The translations under genes were made by a program, and so were the position numbers. 64,000 nucleotides of DNA from Eledone cirrhosa (lineage: Eukaryota): NCBI GenBank assembly GCA_964016885.1, contig OZ024745.1, positions 67,394,001-67,458,000 on the forward strand, in the 5' to 3' direction. Under the pieces are notes generated by a model, which was not told the DNA's origin, made no database searches, and saw only the letters and a list, made by a program, of their open reading frames with translations. Each line of letters starts with the position of its first letter. The first letter of the stretch is position 1. Positions 1 through 12,632 of this stretch are shown one piece after another.

Positions 1-240
1 ACTTTTCAAGAACCTAGAATGTATTACAACGTATAACTTGCAAGAAATATTGTCCAAATACCCAGCAAATCCCTTTTTAAAAGGAGGATATATTGAACAA
101 TATAGTCTTAATTATACAAAACCTCGGTCAGATCCTGACAGAAATGCCAATTATCAAAAAATTTTATGAGTAGAATCTTGGTATAAGAATTCATATTTAC
201 CAATGATGTTACGTTGATCTAATTTTGTCATTGACATTTT

Positions 241-348
241 ATTATATATTTGTCTCTGTAAACCCCTGTAGTTAATGAAGAAAGCATTATATATTTGTCT
301 CTGTAAACCCCTGTAGTTAATGAAGAAAGCATTATATATTTTTCTCTG
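241..348. repeat. 45-bp tandem repeat, ~2.4 copies
   Basis: Unit ATTATATATTTGTCTCTGTAAACCCCTGTAGTTAATGAAGAAAGC at 241-285 and 286-330, partial copy from 331. Confidence 0.9.
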
Positions 349-762
349 TGCTATCATCATATTCTAGACTTGGGTTAAACAAAAACAAATAACAGAAACA
401 GTTTTATACATCAATTTAATTAATATATTTTATTGTTTGATTACATTAATCATTTTATTGGATTGATTTTCATTATTTTCGTACATTTCGCCAAGTTCTA
501 CTATACATTTCTTGGTTACAAAGTCAATAAAATATTTATAAGAAAACAAAATCTGTCATTGCTAAAATCAAATCAGAATGTCAGCAATTCAATAAGAATT
601 CAATACCAAACGGGCCCATCACCAGGGAGCGGTGTTCTCGATGACACTACCACCTTGCTTTCAATGGTATACCCTTAGATTTGTTGGTTCTTCTCCCTAT
701 TGAAAATATCTGGGATCTCTACATCAATTATAATAAAGACCACATTATTACATATATATATG

Positions 763-882
<120 letters not shown>

Positions 883-919
883 GTAGTTTGCTTGAAGCAT
901 TGTTGAATACGAGGGTATA

Positions 920-1282
920 TCTTCAACGAAATGGCTCGTATACCCAACTGATGCAGTGACGCTGCTAATAGAGCCACCCATAGACGATTCCACAAGGTAC
1001 TAGAGATTAACGGCTACCCAGCTTCCTTCGCCGCCCCACGATGAAACCCCAAACCCAGAGACCGGAACACCACAAACAACAGTCGCTTCTTCAAGATCCC
1101 ACATCTCAGCGAGGAAACGACCAACGGCATACGCAAAGCCATCAGAATAGAGGGCCTCAATATCAAACTAGTTCACTCTGAACCTTCCCCTGCAAAGATG
1201 CCTCCTCACAATGCAACCCCCAACGTGGTTAACGGATGCACCGTAGCCAATTGCCCCATCCGGAACACTAATTGTTGCCTAA
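920..1282 (+). mobile_element. Penelope-like element fragment (RT thumb/linker region)
   Basis: Hand translation gives ...FHKVLEINGYP... and FFKIPHLSEETTNGIRKAIRIEGLNIKLVH...CTVANCPI...CC, resembling the PLE linker preceding GIY-YIG; adjacent to a (TG)n tract. Confidence 0.5.
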
Positions 1283-1622
1283 TCCATTTTGGATTGTAAA
1301 ATTTATTCGATTTATTTTGTTGAGTTGTATCTATGTAATTAAGCACCGTATATATATCATTTGTGTGCATGTATGTAACTTATAAATCTTATAAATAGAA
1401 TGCTTGAAATGCTATATTGATCATTAATACTTGGTCGTTTTTTCTAATGGGGATAAGTAGTTATTAATGATATTCGGAGAAGGATTTCCAATCTGACATC
1501 AAATAATTAAAACTTTCATAAAGCCGGCTCTACTTTTATCTCCTTAAGGTCTATAAGGTTATATCATATTGTTTATATACTTCCCTCTACACTTGTACTT
1601 TATATATATATATATATAGAAG

Positions 1623-1820
1623 GAAGTGGTTACACAAGAGTTAGTTCACCATACCGAGAACAATTGTTTCACCTTAGCGGATCTTCAGCTCGGAATGCCC
1701 ATTCCGAGCTGAAGATCTGCTAAGGTGAAACAATTGTTCTCGGTATGGTGAACTAACTGTTGTGTAACCACTTCTACCTAACTCGTCCCATGGATTGAGT
1801 GCTCTACCACTACGGATATT
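1623..1820. mobile_element. Fold-back PLE-type insert in (TA)n: 74-bp inverted arms plus one-sided tail
   Basis: Arms 1623-1696 and 1701-1774 (2 mismatches, loop GCCC); unique tail 1775-1820; TA tracts on both sides. Confidence 0.8.
1704..1743 (+). ncRNA. Minimal type I hammerhead ribozyme motif (mirror copy on minus strand 1654-1693)
   Basis: CCGAG-CUGAAGA-stem II-GAAA-CAAUUG-UU-CUCGG: stem I CCGAG/CUCGG, palindromic stem III, GUU site. Confidence 0.75.
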
Positions 1821-1837
1821 ACCTTCCAGTGTTACAC

Positions 1838-1874
<37 letters not shown>

Positions 1875-1893
<19 letters not shown>

Positions 1894-2480
1894 TATTAAG
1901 TATGTCCATAGAATCATTTGATAATATATATACACCATTTCATAATTAACCACACAAAAAATCAATTAGACCAGGCTATAAGATTAAAAGGCACCTATGA
2001 AGAAATTGTAGATAAATAAACTACAGCAATCTCTTCGCGACCAACCGCCATAGAATATTTACCCAACATTTCAACAGCACGTGGAAATCTATTAAATATA
2101 CGTCAACCATACACAGTTAGGTATAAAATTAAAGTTAGAAGAAAAAAATGCATATACACATACCAGGATCACGTTTCTACTCTAGGGTTTCGTTCGCTTT
2201 CGGAAATATCCTATTAAGGATAAAATCTCGAGCTTCGAAATCGTCAGGAAACAAACTCTTTTGGACAAGGATTTTCTTAAGTGATCTCCGCCAGAAACGA
2301 ATTCAAAATGGCTAAGAACTGTGACGTGGCAGTGGTTAAGTCAAAAAGAATGTGATTGGTTGCTTACGGCGAGTGGGCTGGTTGCTAGAAAGCGCAGCCC
2401 AATATTGCCCAAATTGCATCTCAACCTTATGGGAGATTATTAAATATAAAGATTTACATATACACAAACTCGATAAAATA
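1875..2480 (-). mobile_element. Non-coding PLE/retrozyme-like unit, diverged relative of 28250-28820
   Basis: Reverse complement is collinear with 28250-28800 (ATATTTAATAATCTCCC...TTGGGCTGCGCTTTCTAGCAAC...CACGTCAC...HHR...TAGCCTGGTCTAA); flanked by TA-rich tracts. Confidence 0.7.
2173..2252 (-). ncRNA. Hammerhead ribozyme motif
   Basis: Minus strand: GUUUC-CUGACGA-long stem II-GAAA-CCCUAGAG-UA-GAAAC; stem I GUUUC/GAAAC, GUA site. Confidence 0.65.
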
Positions 2481-2499
2481 ATTAAATATATATAATATA

Positions 2500-2989
2500 T
2501 ATAAGTAGATAAATCTACCAAAATATACGGTAGTGTCCAATCCGTATGAAGAACTCAATGTAAAATTAATTTTCGTGTACCTTTCACCGGCTTGACCTAT
2601 CTTCATCCCCAAAGTAATCTTTTCATTCAAAATACTCTTTCCATTCAAAACTGATCTGCTTTCCTCTACCCCTAAATTAAATTTCTATTACTACTATTCT
2701 ATTATCTTGACCACTTACTACCTTTCTATTGGTCAATTCAAAACCTGTTCTCAAACAGACCTATTATATTAAATCTTTGTTGTTTTTTTTCAATAAACAA
2801 ATATCATTATTTCTGAAGACAGCATATATATGTGTAGGCATGTATATTCCCTCTGATAGTTTGTAAAAATGTTACATACCAACACATACATACCAACACA
2901 CACATATATATCCTAGAAACGATCGTAAAATGATGAATTTTTTAATATAAGGAACTGTTTCTTTGTTTTTATTCATTATTTTTATTAAT

Positions 2990-2992
<3 letters not shown>
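2500..2992 (+). mobile_element. Naiad-like PLE 3' end with inverted tail at its 5' side
   Basis: 2690-2990 aligns with 42400-42714; 2505-2562 is the reverse complement of the tail at 42795-42853. Confidence 0.75.
2804..2936 (+). ncRNA. Hammerhead motif with very long stem II
   Basis: UCAUUAUUU-CUGAAGA-~95 nt-GAAA-CGAUCG-UA-AAAUGAUGA. Confidence 0.6.
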
Positions 2993-3071
<79 letters not shown>

Positions 3072-3240
3072 ATTATTTTATCAAAAGACGAAACATGTCG
3101 AATTGATCGGACGTAGCTTCGTTCGTTTCATCACTCAATGACCAATTAAATTCGTATTAGCTGACTAGGGTGTACATTTTCGTTAATCAGTGAAGAAAAC
3201 ATATATATATATACACACACACATATATATATATATATAT

Positions 3241-3538
3241 AAAAGAATGAAATCGAAAATGCAACTGGAGTCTTATTTTTAAAACATATATATATTTATT
3301 TGGTTCCTTTACTGGTTTCCCAGTTCTTCAGATGTGAGAAAAACCACAGACCCTCCATCTCAACTCTACTTTTGAAAAGCAGAAGAACTGGGAAACCGGT
3401 AAAGGAACCAAATAAATATATATATATATATTTTTTTAAATAAGACTCCAGTTACATTTTCGATTTCATCTTTTTTTTCTTTATACTTTCACTCGTGTAG
3501 GACACCTCGGTTATTTTTCATTTTGTAAAAACCCTCAC

Positions 3539-3545
<7 letters not shown>
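3241..3545. mobile_element. Fold-back remnant of Neptune-like PLE terminal repeat in (TA)n
   Basis: 3241-3329 is an inverted copy of 3382-3478; tail 3480-3545. The same sequence occurs at 26603-26925, 35943-36092, 38410-38497 and 43123-43338. Confidence 0.8.
3367..3406 (+). ncRNA. Hammerhead motif, U3-A8 core variant
   Basis: CUU-UUGAAAA-GCAG AAGAA CUGG-GAAA-CCGG-UA-AAG. Confidence 0.6.
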
Positions 3546-3611
<66 letters not shown>

Positions 3612-3618
<7 letters not shown>

Positions 3619-5457
3619 CGTAGACAACGGAGCCTATGTGCATAAACACACCTGCACAGTGTTGTATTTGTGACAGTATCGTATTAGCTCAATGTACAAT
3701 AACAGAGCCGTTATAGATAAAAGAAATCAAAGCACATCTGAGCACTTTTATGTTATTTTTTTGTGTATTTTATGTTACTTGTTAAACCAGGTGCTTTATG
3801 TGAAGGGTCAACAAGCAATTACTGCTGCATATAATCAAGCAATATTTGGACGCGGTTACGGTTGGAATACGGAGTGGGATGCATATAATCATATGAGGAT
3901 TTGGAATTATAACATAGACATGTAACACATCTCAGTCTGGAGTTTTAAACATATGTGAATTTGGATATGTAACATCGGCTTGTAACACATATTACCATAT
4001 GTGCTGGTATGTATTGGTTGACATATGAATACGGTTGGATTACCATCTACGGATGATCTACATATGTTATGACTTCTTCTCGACAATTAGGACATATGAA
4101 AGCGGTTGGATTACCATCTACGGATGATCTACATATGTTATGACTTCTCGCCAAATAAGCCTTAAACAGTGACTAAACTATGTTTGTTATGTATTGATTG
4201 CTTCAGCTTGTTTATGCATCGACCCGGCTTCGTCTGCAGGTTGGCTTCTATCGGTGTTGTACCTATCCCTATGCAAGCTTAACACCTCTTGTCCACGTAA
4301 TTCCATAACCTACTGGTATACCCTGATTGTGCATACTATGGGGGAGAATAAAATCCCCTTTGGACTTTCTTAAGATACCTTAAGGGTCTCATGGTATTTT
4401 CCTATGTAACACCCCAGTGCGATGCCGAGCCCTGCATCGCAGGGAATTCTGTGAATTATTTATCTGGTTCATGTTGATAAAGGAGGCTCCTATGTAGGAT
4501 ACCCAATAACGGCGTTATCCTCCCTCCCCGTAGAGAGGCATCAGATGTATGATGGCCTGGATTTGATGATTGATACATCAGAGATCATTGATAGTCTCTT
4601 TTAATTGTCTCTTTTATATTCTTGAGTGCACCTCTAGTGAGTGTTATATGGTTGCTGTTGAGTAATCGAGTTTGTAACTTGCCATTTAAAACACTAGCTA
4701 TACTACCATGACATATCGAACTTGCCCACCGAGAGGGAGGACGTGATCCTGCTGGGCTGGGATCCTTCCCCTTACGGTGACTTGGGACATGCCTTATTCG
4801 TGGTGAAATGAAACTTATCTGATAAACATTCTAATATTGACTATTGTGATGTTCGTAGGCCTTGTGATTTCCCCTATGAACCCATAGTTAGGGTAGATAC
4901 GACCTATGACTCTAAGTCATGTGAAATTAATTTGCCTTACCTGCCTCCTATGGTGCATAGTGCATGTATCATTTAATTGCTTCTGTGTGCATTCACTTGC
5001 CTCTGTTTCTCATTTGATACTCTATGGAAAACTAACTCACCTGTCTTCTAAAGTGACCAACGCATACCTTCTTTTGTTGCTTTTGTGTGCCTTTACATGC
5101 CTCAATTTCTTTTTCTTTCTTTTTTAATTATCTTTAATTGCTTTTAATTGCTTTTGTGTACCTTCACATGCCTCAGTTACTTGTGAGAAAATCTGCTTGT
5201 ATTCTCATATTTTGCTATAATGTTGACTAACAACCCCATTACGCATTCTCTCCATCCTTCTCATCTCCAATCTCCCACATATATTCCTGTACTGTATCTC
5301 TACTGTTCTGGTGACTAAGCTTGGTAGAGCTTATATTCAACACTATATTTTTGCTTTTAACGCTCTGATGATTCCTTCCCCACGGTATGGATGAAACATT
5401 GTCAGCGAATAAAAATTGTTTGAGTGTATAGGCGTTCTTTGATTTCTTTTATCTATA
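3612..5457 (+). mobile_element. Non-coding PLE-like insert with terminal HHR
   Basis: 21-bp inverted repeat 3712-3732 / 5437-5457; HHR then AATAAA near the 3' end; 71-bp internal duplication 4020-4150; bounded by TA tracts. Confidence 0.6.
5361..5407 (+). ncRNA. Minimal type I hammerhead ribozyme motif
   Basis: CGCU-CUGAUGA-UUCC...GGAU-GAAA-CAUUG-UC-AGCG; GUC site; AATAAA immediately downstream. Confidence 0.8.
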
Positions 5458-5493
5458 TATATATATGTATGTATGTATATATATATGTGTATT

Positions 5494-5542
<49 letters not shown>

Positions 5543-5641
5543 CATGTTAGTGCGTGTTTGTTGTATGGTGATATAAATGTGATCGACAAAGACTACTATT
5601 TTAAGCTTGAGAAGTCTAATATACCATGTATGTGCGCTAGT

Positions 5642-5826
5642 GGATTGGCAGTATCGGTAGAGGGTCGGACGCCATGCTTTCCAGCATAGTTACGTCCCTT
5701 TACGATCTGAGTTCAAATCTCGCCGAGGTTGACTTTGCCTTTCATCCTTACGGGGTCGATAAAATAAAGTACCAGTAATGCACTGGGTAATTGCTGGCCT
5801 TGTGCCTAAAGTAGAACCAATTATTA
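5642..5826 (+). mobile_element. tRNA-derived SINE, family A
   Basis: A-box-like TGGCAGTATCGG, B-box GAGTTCAAATC, body GTTGACTTTGCCTTTCATCC...GGTCGATAAAATAAAGTACCAG; several near-identical copies in the window. Confidence 0.8.
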
Positions 5827-6015
5827 ATCCATAATGATACACGTATTACAGCCAACCTTGTATGAACATCTGTACTCAGTAATACGTAAAAAGGAAAAAT
5901 TATCCTTTATTCATATCTGGATCGACTGGTTGCAGACTAAACTGTTGGTATTAAGTTATTACTGTTATTGTTTAGACCTGGACTAGCTCCATTCAAATAT
6001 AATTATGATCAAAGA

Positions 6016-6345
6016 CGTGAAGGCATATAGCTTAGTGATAAGATGATCAACTCGCGATTGTAAGGTTGTGACTTCGATTCCCGGAAACATGTTGTGTCCT
6101 TGAGCAAACAAATTATTTCACATTACTCCAGGTCACTCAGATGGAAGAATTAAGTTGTACTTGCAGTTATTTAAAGGGGAAAAACCTATCACACCCTGTA
6201 CCACGCTGAATCTTCTTAAAAAAATGTTATGGCTACACATTTCTGTTGAATGCTCAGTCACATACACATTAATATCCTGAGCGGGATGTCTCATAGATCC
6301 AATGAACTAAAACACTTGTCGTCGTAACCGATGAAGGTCCAACAC
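6016..6345 (+). mobile_element. tRNA-derived SINE, family B (CORE-like middle)
   Basis: GTGAAGGC..TAGCTTAGTG A-box, TTCGATTCC B-box, GTTGTGTCCTTGAGCAA..TATTTCACATTACTCCAG core; related copies at 10953, 53735, 55510, 59290 and 59875. Confidence 0.7.
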
Positions 6346-8771
6346 ATGAACAAGAACACTCCAACTATGACTATCTTGTCTTTTACGTTTAGATATAACG
6401 TTTCTTATGACCATATCACCCAATGTGTCCTTTTTTTTTTAAGACGGTATAGTAAGATTCAAGGACTGTATGGCTGTTATTTCCAGCTAGATCAGGGACC
6501 ATGGACAGGCTCTAGTTTTGGTTCGTTCGATATCACAATTTGGATGCAATTATTAATGAAACAACTCGTAGATATTTAAATGCTTTATTGACAATATAAT
6601 AAACAAATAAACGGTTTGTAATATTATAGGGTTGGTTGATGAACGCAAAATCGGTTAAATATATTTACATATATGGACGCAATAAAAAGGCTGATATTTC
6701 ATATTTGAGTAGTTTCAACTGAAAAATGAATTATTTGAATATCTAGTCAAGTAATTGCATCACGTTCAACGATGTAATAGCTGCAATTTCTTTTCATTTG
6801 GGATAATACGATTTCATAAAATATTCGTATATTTTCATGTTTTCATGTATTCTCTCTCTTTCACAAGTGGAAAGTAAGGGGGAAATATCAATAAACCCTA
6901 TAATCTGGGCTCTTTAAGTACAAACTTTGAAATTAAAAATTTATCTTAATCTATTTTACAAGGATTAAATCATTAAATATTAATAGTTTGGTTTGATTTT
7001 CATAATTTGTGCTACTAAAACTAAATATTATTTTATTTTCTCAGTAAACTGGCATGCTGTATCTTTGGTTGAGTACAGCGAAAAGCGAAGCTGCTAGTTA
7101 ATTATTTAGAGATGTGCGGTTGGATTTGATAATTACGAATAGATGAGTAGGGAATGAAGTATGCTCCACATGATCAAAACTTACGGACTGGTTTTAACCA
7201 TTATTATTAGCCCTTTCATTTCCTTTGTGCCACCTGATAATACTGATAAAAGCCACGAGAATCATGATTTCCCATCATCACTGTAGAGCAAGATAGCAAG
7301 AACTATTTCTCAATTTGACATGCAATTTGACAAATATAATTGTCATCAACAAAATTTCCAACAGTGCAGGTGTCAGAATTGCTATACAAAGCTATCTAAA
7401 TATATATTTACGACGTACTTACAGAATAAATGAGATACCTCTTTACATGACACTTAACAGTTGTGTGTTAATTGATTTCCCGGTTGCCCAATAATGTCAA
7501 CTCGAGTCTGCCTCAGAATTAAATTATAGATTTTACACATTCTTCTTTCAGTAAGCCATATTCAACTACATTCGCTCCTATAAGGATGCTTATATCACAA
7601 GAACTCACCGTATCTCTCCTTTTTCTCTATCACACTTTCCATATCATCATCACCTTTCACTCACAGAATTTGCCATTTTAAATATCCAAAACTTCTTGCT
7701 AGATTTTCACATCTTTCAAAATACATTATAGAAACCTACAATTCTCTAAACGTACAATACTGCCAATATAATTTCGTTTGTGATATTCATGGGTTGATTT
7801 TCTTGTGTTAGTTTAGAGAGCGATGTGTGTGATTGTTATGATGTGGCACTGGACTATATTCTCTTGAAGTAGTTATTATTGTCCTTCTACATTTTCAGTT
7901 CAAATACTGCTTAAGCTAACTTTGGATTTATACGGATTTCGTTTCATTGGACATTAAACATCCTCTAAAACACTTGTGTCTAAGGAAAAATCACTTGTTT
8001 CGAGGTAAGATCGTAAATTTTGTGTCATAAATTCAGCTTTGCTTTGTTTTCTAGATTTTATGATGGAGAAGAATCTTGTGCAAAAATATTTTACAGCCAT
8101 ATATTACTTGTATGAATGTGTGTTTACAAATATGTCTATATGTGTGTATCTTTTGATACTATCCTTTGCCTTCTTAGAGACAAAGTTGTAAAAGGGTAAT
8201 ATGTTAAAGTACTTTGGATTCTGACATCCACGACCAATCATACCTTATATCTTAGGAAATGTTAACTGATTTCTGTTTGTTTTATAATCATTCGAAGAAA
8301 AGCTTTACTCGTTTGGAAAGAACTGAATTCAACTATGCTTTTTATTCAGCATGTTGCTCGGGTGATGTTCGGAATAAAGATTAGCATATATTACATGTTT
8401 GTTTTCTTTCTGTATTTTAAAGTAGTGATGCTGGCAATAAAACGTGCTTTTTCTTTATGATCCTTGAAAAAGAATATTGACTAGAGTTTAATTTGTTTCA
8501 GATTGTTACTTTTAGATCCCATTAACATCCTCCACGTCCATCAGTCTTGATAAGCTCATCTTTTTTAGTGTCCTTCCAAATTGTTCTGTCAAATACATCA
8601 TGCACCATGCATGGGTTATTTTTGAATTAGATTCTCCCTATGCAGAATCTACATTCATTAAAATGCTAGTATCCATTTTGTACAAAATGGCTGGATTTCT
8701 TGTCGTTGGTTAAAGAAAAAAACCTTTATGGTAAGATATTGTCTACCACTCGTACTGCGCTCATATATACA

Positions 8772-8803
<32 letters not shown>

Positions 8804-8836
8804 TGTGTGTGGGTGTGTGTGGGGGTGTGTGTGTGT

Positions 8837-8946
<110 letters not shown>

Positions 8947-9169
8947 ATGTGTGTGTGTGTATTATTTGTTATTTTGATTTAGCAAATTATTTTAGGAGTG
9001 ATTCTTCTGGTTATGTGTGATTGCGGTGTTGATTCCGTGCTTATTATTTGTCCTACGTCTTGCGAATAATGTGGCCTTCAGACCGAAAAATACACAATAG
9101 ATATAGATTTTATGTTGCATTTGTGTCATATTTTATTTTGCTCGATATGTGCAGATTTAGCTAAGCCAA

Positions 9170-9860
9170 CTACTCCAGAATAGGAGGATATAAGAGACCT
9201 TTGGTAGGTATAAGTACCAAACATATGAAGTGGCAACTGCATCACAATGCAGTTTTACAGACCAGAATAGGCACGTAGCGTTTGATTAGAAAAGGTTTTA
9301 TGAATCGATTGAAGATTCTAGAATGAAAAGAAAAGAAGGAAAGCAATTGGAAATGCTACCATGGTAGGACTAGAAAAAATTATGAAAGACGAAATGGTGT
9401 CACAATGAACAAAGGAAAGATTGTTAAAATCAATGATACATTCAGTAATGATGAATGATTATTTCGAAAGCTGGATAATTAACAAACAAAATAAAGAGAA
9501 ATCTATACAATTGAATTGTGATGCTTGTAGCAATTCTCGGTTATCATGGACGGAATGAAGAACAAACAAATCAATATTTTAGGATGTGGAATCTGGGAGT
9601 ACTTTAAAGGCATTAATTGTCAAACAGATTCAAATCCTTTAGTCGTGTTATAAGGACTGATAGAATGGCAAACGCCATAATGTAAGGAAACGCCTACGGT
9701 TCAAAAGAGATACTGCGGCCACCCTTGACGTGGACAGCAGTAGTGAAGGTGCAAGTTGGTGAACATATCTGAAAGAGTTCCATACGTGTGTCAAAAACAA
9801 GCAAAATTGGAGATAGGATATCTATAAAATCGTTAGAATTAGAACATGGCTTGAAAATTC
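9170..9860 (+). mobile_element. Highly degenerate RTE-like LINE 3' remnant
   Basis: Broken frames retain RTE C-terminal-like words (ESWII, WTE*RTNKS). Confidence 0.35.
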
Positions 9861-10952
9861 TTTAGAAAATATCAATTTGTTTATTTAATGCTCAAAATGT
9901 TCTATGCTAAGTAGTCATTAAAGTTATGTCAATAAGATAACGTGGAGTACGGAATTTATAAATTTAATATTAATTCGCAAAGGGTTTATTGTATTAACAG
10001 AATGGTATACCGACGGATATTGTACCGTGACGTGAATGTCAAAAAAGGGTTAAACAATATGGCCTTCCCGAAAAACGAAAAGCTACAACTATTCTTCAAT
10101 AACTAGATCTGTTACAAGTAAACTAAATCATTAGATTATGTAATTTCTCATACCACCAAAATACCGAATGGTCACGGCTGAAATGTCATCGGCCTGTTCA
10201 AATTGAAATACGTCGAAGTTAATCACAGCGATCTGTTAACTTTCCCGAAATTATTTTATTATATTTAACGTTCTGTCAAATGTTAATTTAAAACGTTGTA
10301 TCAAATGGATTTTTAACATACTTCAACCTCAAGCAATGCGAAAGCTATATCATTTTCGATCTCAAAGGCTCCTTTTTCAAAAGTGACTTTAGTGGAAGAT
10401 ATGCAAACAGAAAGAGTGAAAATGCAAAGTTAACGGGCATACATTCCTTGACTGTTAATATTGGTGACCGGAGGCCAACTGAGAAAGTTCAAATAGCAAC
10501 AACAGTACCAGTAGCAGCAGCAGTAGCAGTAATAGCAGCAACAATATCACCAGTAGCATAGCAGTATTTCGAAACTCTCTGCCAATCTAATGACTTGACA
10601 GAAAACGAAATTTATGGTTGATCTGATGACTCATATAAATGGCGGAAAGTGTAATATAGTAATATAGTTTTAGTATTAATTCACAGTTTAGCTTTCTGTT
10701 AAAATTTTAATTTTATATAATTCTAGAGTACTGAAAGCAAAGCAAAGGTTTATCAATAGAACTACGAAATATAGATGACCTGTCCCAAGCTAATACCTAC
10801 CTGAAACCTGAACAATGTGGTCTTGTTTTCTACTATAACCTAACAAAACTAATTTAAGCACAGCTTTACCAGCCTATAAACTCCTTTAAACGACGTCCTA
10901 CATTAGACAGTACTTTGTTTTTTAACCTCATTTAGATAAGCCTGCTTGATCA

Positions 10953-11200
10953 TGTGAAGGCGCGTGGCCTAGTAGTAAGAGTTTTGAACTTACGATCGTA
11001 ATTTCATGGATTCGATTCCTGGGTTGGCCTGCGTGTTGTGTTCTTGAACAATACACTTCATTTCACGTTGCTCCAGTATACTCAGCTGAAAATGAGTACC
11101 AGCAATAGCTGGGGATTTAACCCTGCGATGGACTGGTGTCCTGTCCAGGGGGAAGTATTGTACTCTCAGTCGCTTCACGCCATGAAACTGGCAACCTCAT
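10953..11200 (+). mobile_element. SINE family B
   Basis: TGTGAAGGCGCGTGGCCTAGTAG...GATTCGATTCC...GTTGTGTTCTTGAACAATACACTTCATTTCACGTTGCTCCAG; reverse copies at 53735-54002 and 59875-60143. Confidence 0.8.
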
Positions 11201-11879
11201 GTCGAAAGGAATCAGCTGCACGTTTTTGAAACGGAGTGAACAGATACACTCTCTATTTAAAGAAGAAGCTGCATATATTTTTCCACCCGACATCCACCCT
11301 AGACAGATCTGAGATAATCTCAATATGTCAACACGGGCAGGCATATTCAATGTTTAAGCCTACAAAATGCATTTGCTGATTTACAAACAAACCACCACCG
11401 CCGATAAATATAAGCCCGTCATATAAAGACAGTTTCAATTTCTTATCTTATTTGTTTTACAATTATTAATAATCTAAAATATATCCTGGCTTCCAGTAAC
11501 ATCTTATATCTTATCCATACTTAAAAACTATGTTTCACAAATAATTCTATGGGAATATAATTTGGCTAAGATCTGATAGCTGCGTATGACTCAGCAATTG
11601 TCAATAAATTAGTTGCTGTTTTTTGTTTTGATTTTTTCTTTTTAGCTATTTAAAGATTTTTTTATCTCGGATTTTAGAGGAAATATTCACATTCATTATC
11701 AGATAAATTTCTTTATAGTCTATTTAGCTTTGTATTATGTCTCGGAAGATAATAACAATCATATGTTCCTTGTATTTATTTGATATAAATTTTAATTGAT
11801 ATATTCAATATTGTTTCTGTATATTAATAGTTGGCCTAGGTTTAACGAAGGTTTAATCAGCATAACGCTCTGTATAGAC

Positions 11880-12064
11880 GTTGATTGACAGTATCGGTAG
11901 AGGGTCGGACGCCATGTTTTCCAGCATAGTTACGTCCCTTTACGATCTGAGTTCAAATCCCGCCGAGGTTGACTTTGCCTTTCATCCTTATGGGGTCGAT
12001 AAAATAAAGTTCCAGTAATGCACTGGGTAATTGCTGGCCTTGTGCCTAAAGTAGAAACAATTAT
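11880..12064 (+). mobile_element. SINE family A
   Basis: Nearly identical to 5642-5826. Confidence 0.85.
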
Positions 12065-12494
12065 GTACATTTTATCGCAAAGGAAGACCCTAGTTATACA
12101 GTTCTTTAGTCAAACTTTAATCAATTTGCGTTATGGTTAGATTAATATTTAGATGAGCCCTCAAATCGGATTTTGGGTAATGATCTCTAAATCAGTGCTT
12201 ATATTTACACAGGATAATTGAACATATAGCTAATTGTTCAACTTCATCAGTGTTTTACGTTCTTGCGTAGAGAGGGAAATGCTTTTTATACTTCGGTACG
12301 TTTTTTTTTCTTTTTTCTTGTAGTTAAGTTACTTATTTAACTTTACTTCAGAAGATATTTACTATACAAGATATTGAGGTATTATTCACTACTTTATTAT
12401 AAGGATTTCTAATTTAGGGACAATGCCAACATATTTTGAGCCGCTTACATTGACCCTAGTATGTGACAGGTACAATCACCGACCTGGAAGGATT

Positions 12495-12559
<65 letters not shown>

Positions 12560-12581
12560 GTTTCTCTCTCTCTCTCTCTCT

Positions 12582-12632
<51 letters not shown>

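Noticed and set aside
3086-3105. GACGAAACATGTC, 3' half of a hammerhead
   Set aside because: The CUGANGA half is absent, so it is at most a truncated remnant.
5642-5725. tRNA gene
   Set aside because: A/B boxes are present, but there is no cloverleaf and it continues into a repeated SINE body.
10623-10655. CTGATGA...GAAA hammerhead candidate
   Set aside because: No consistent stem I or stem III pairing and no PLE context.
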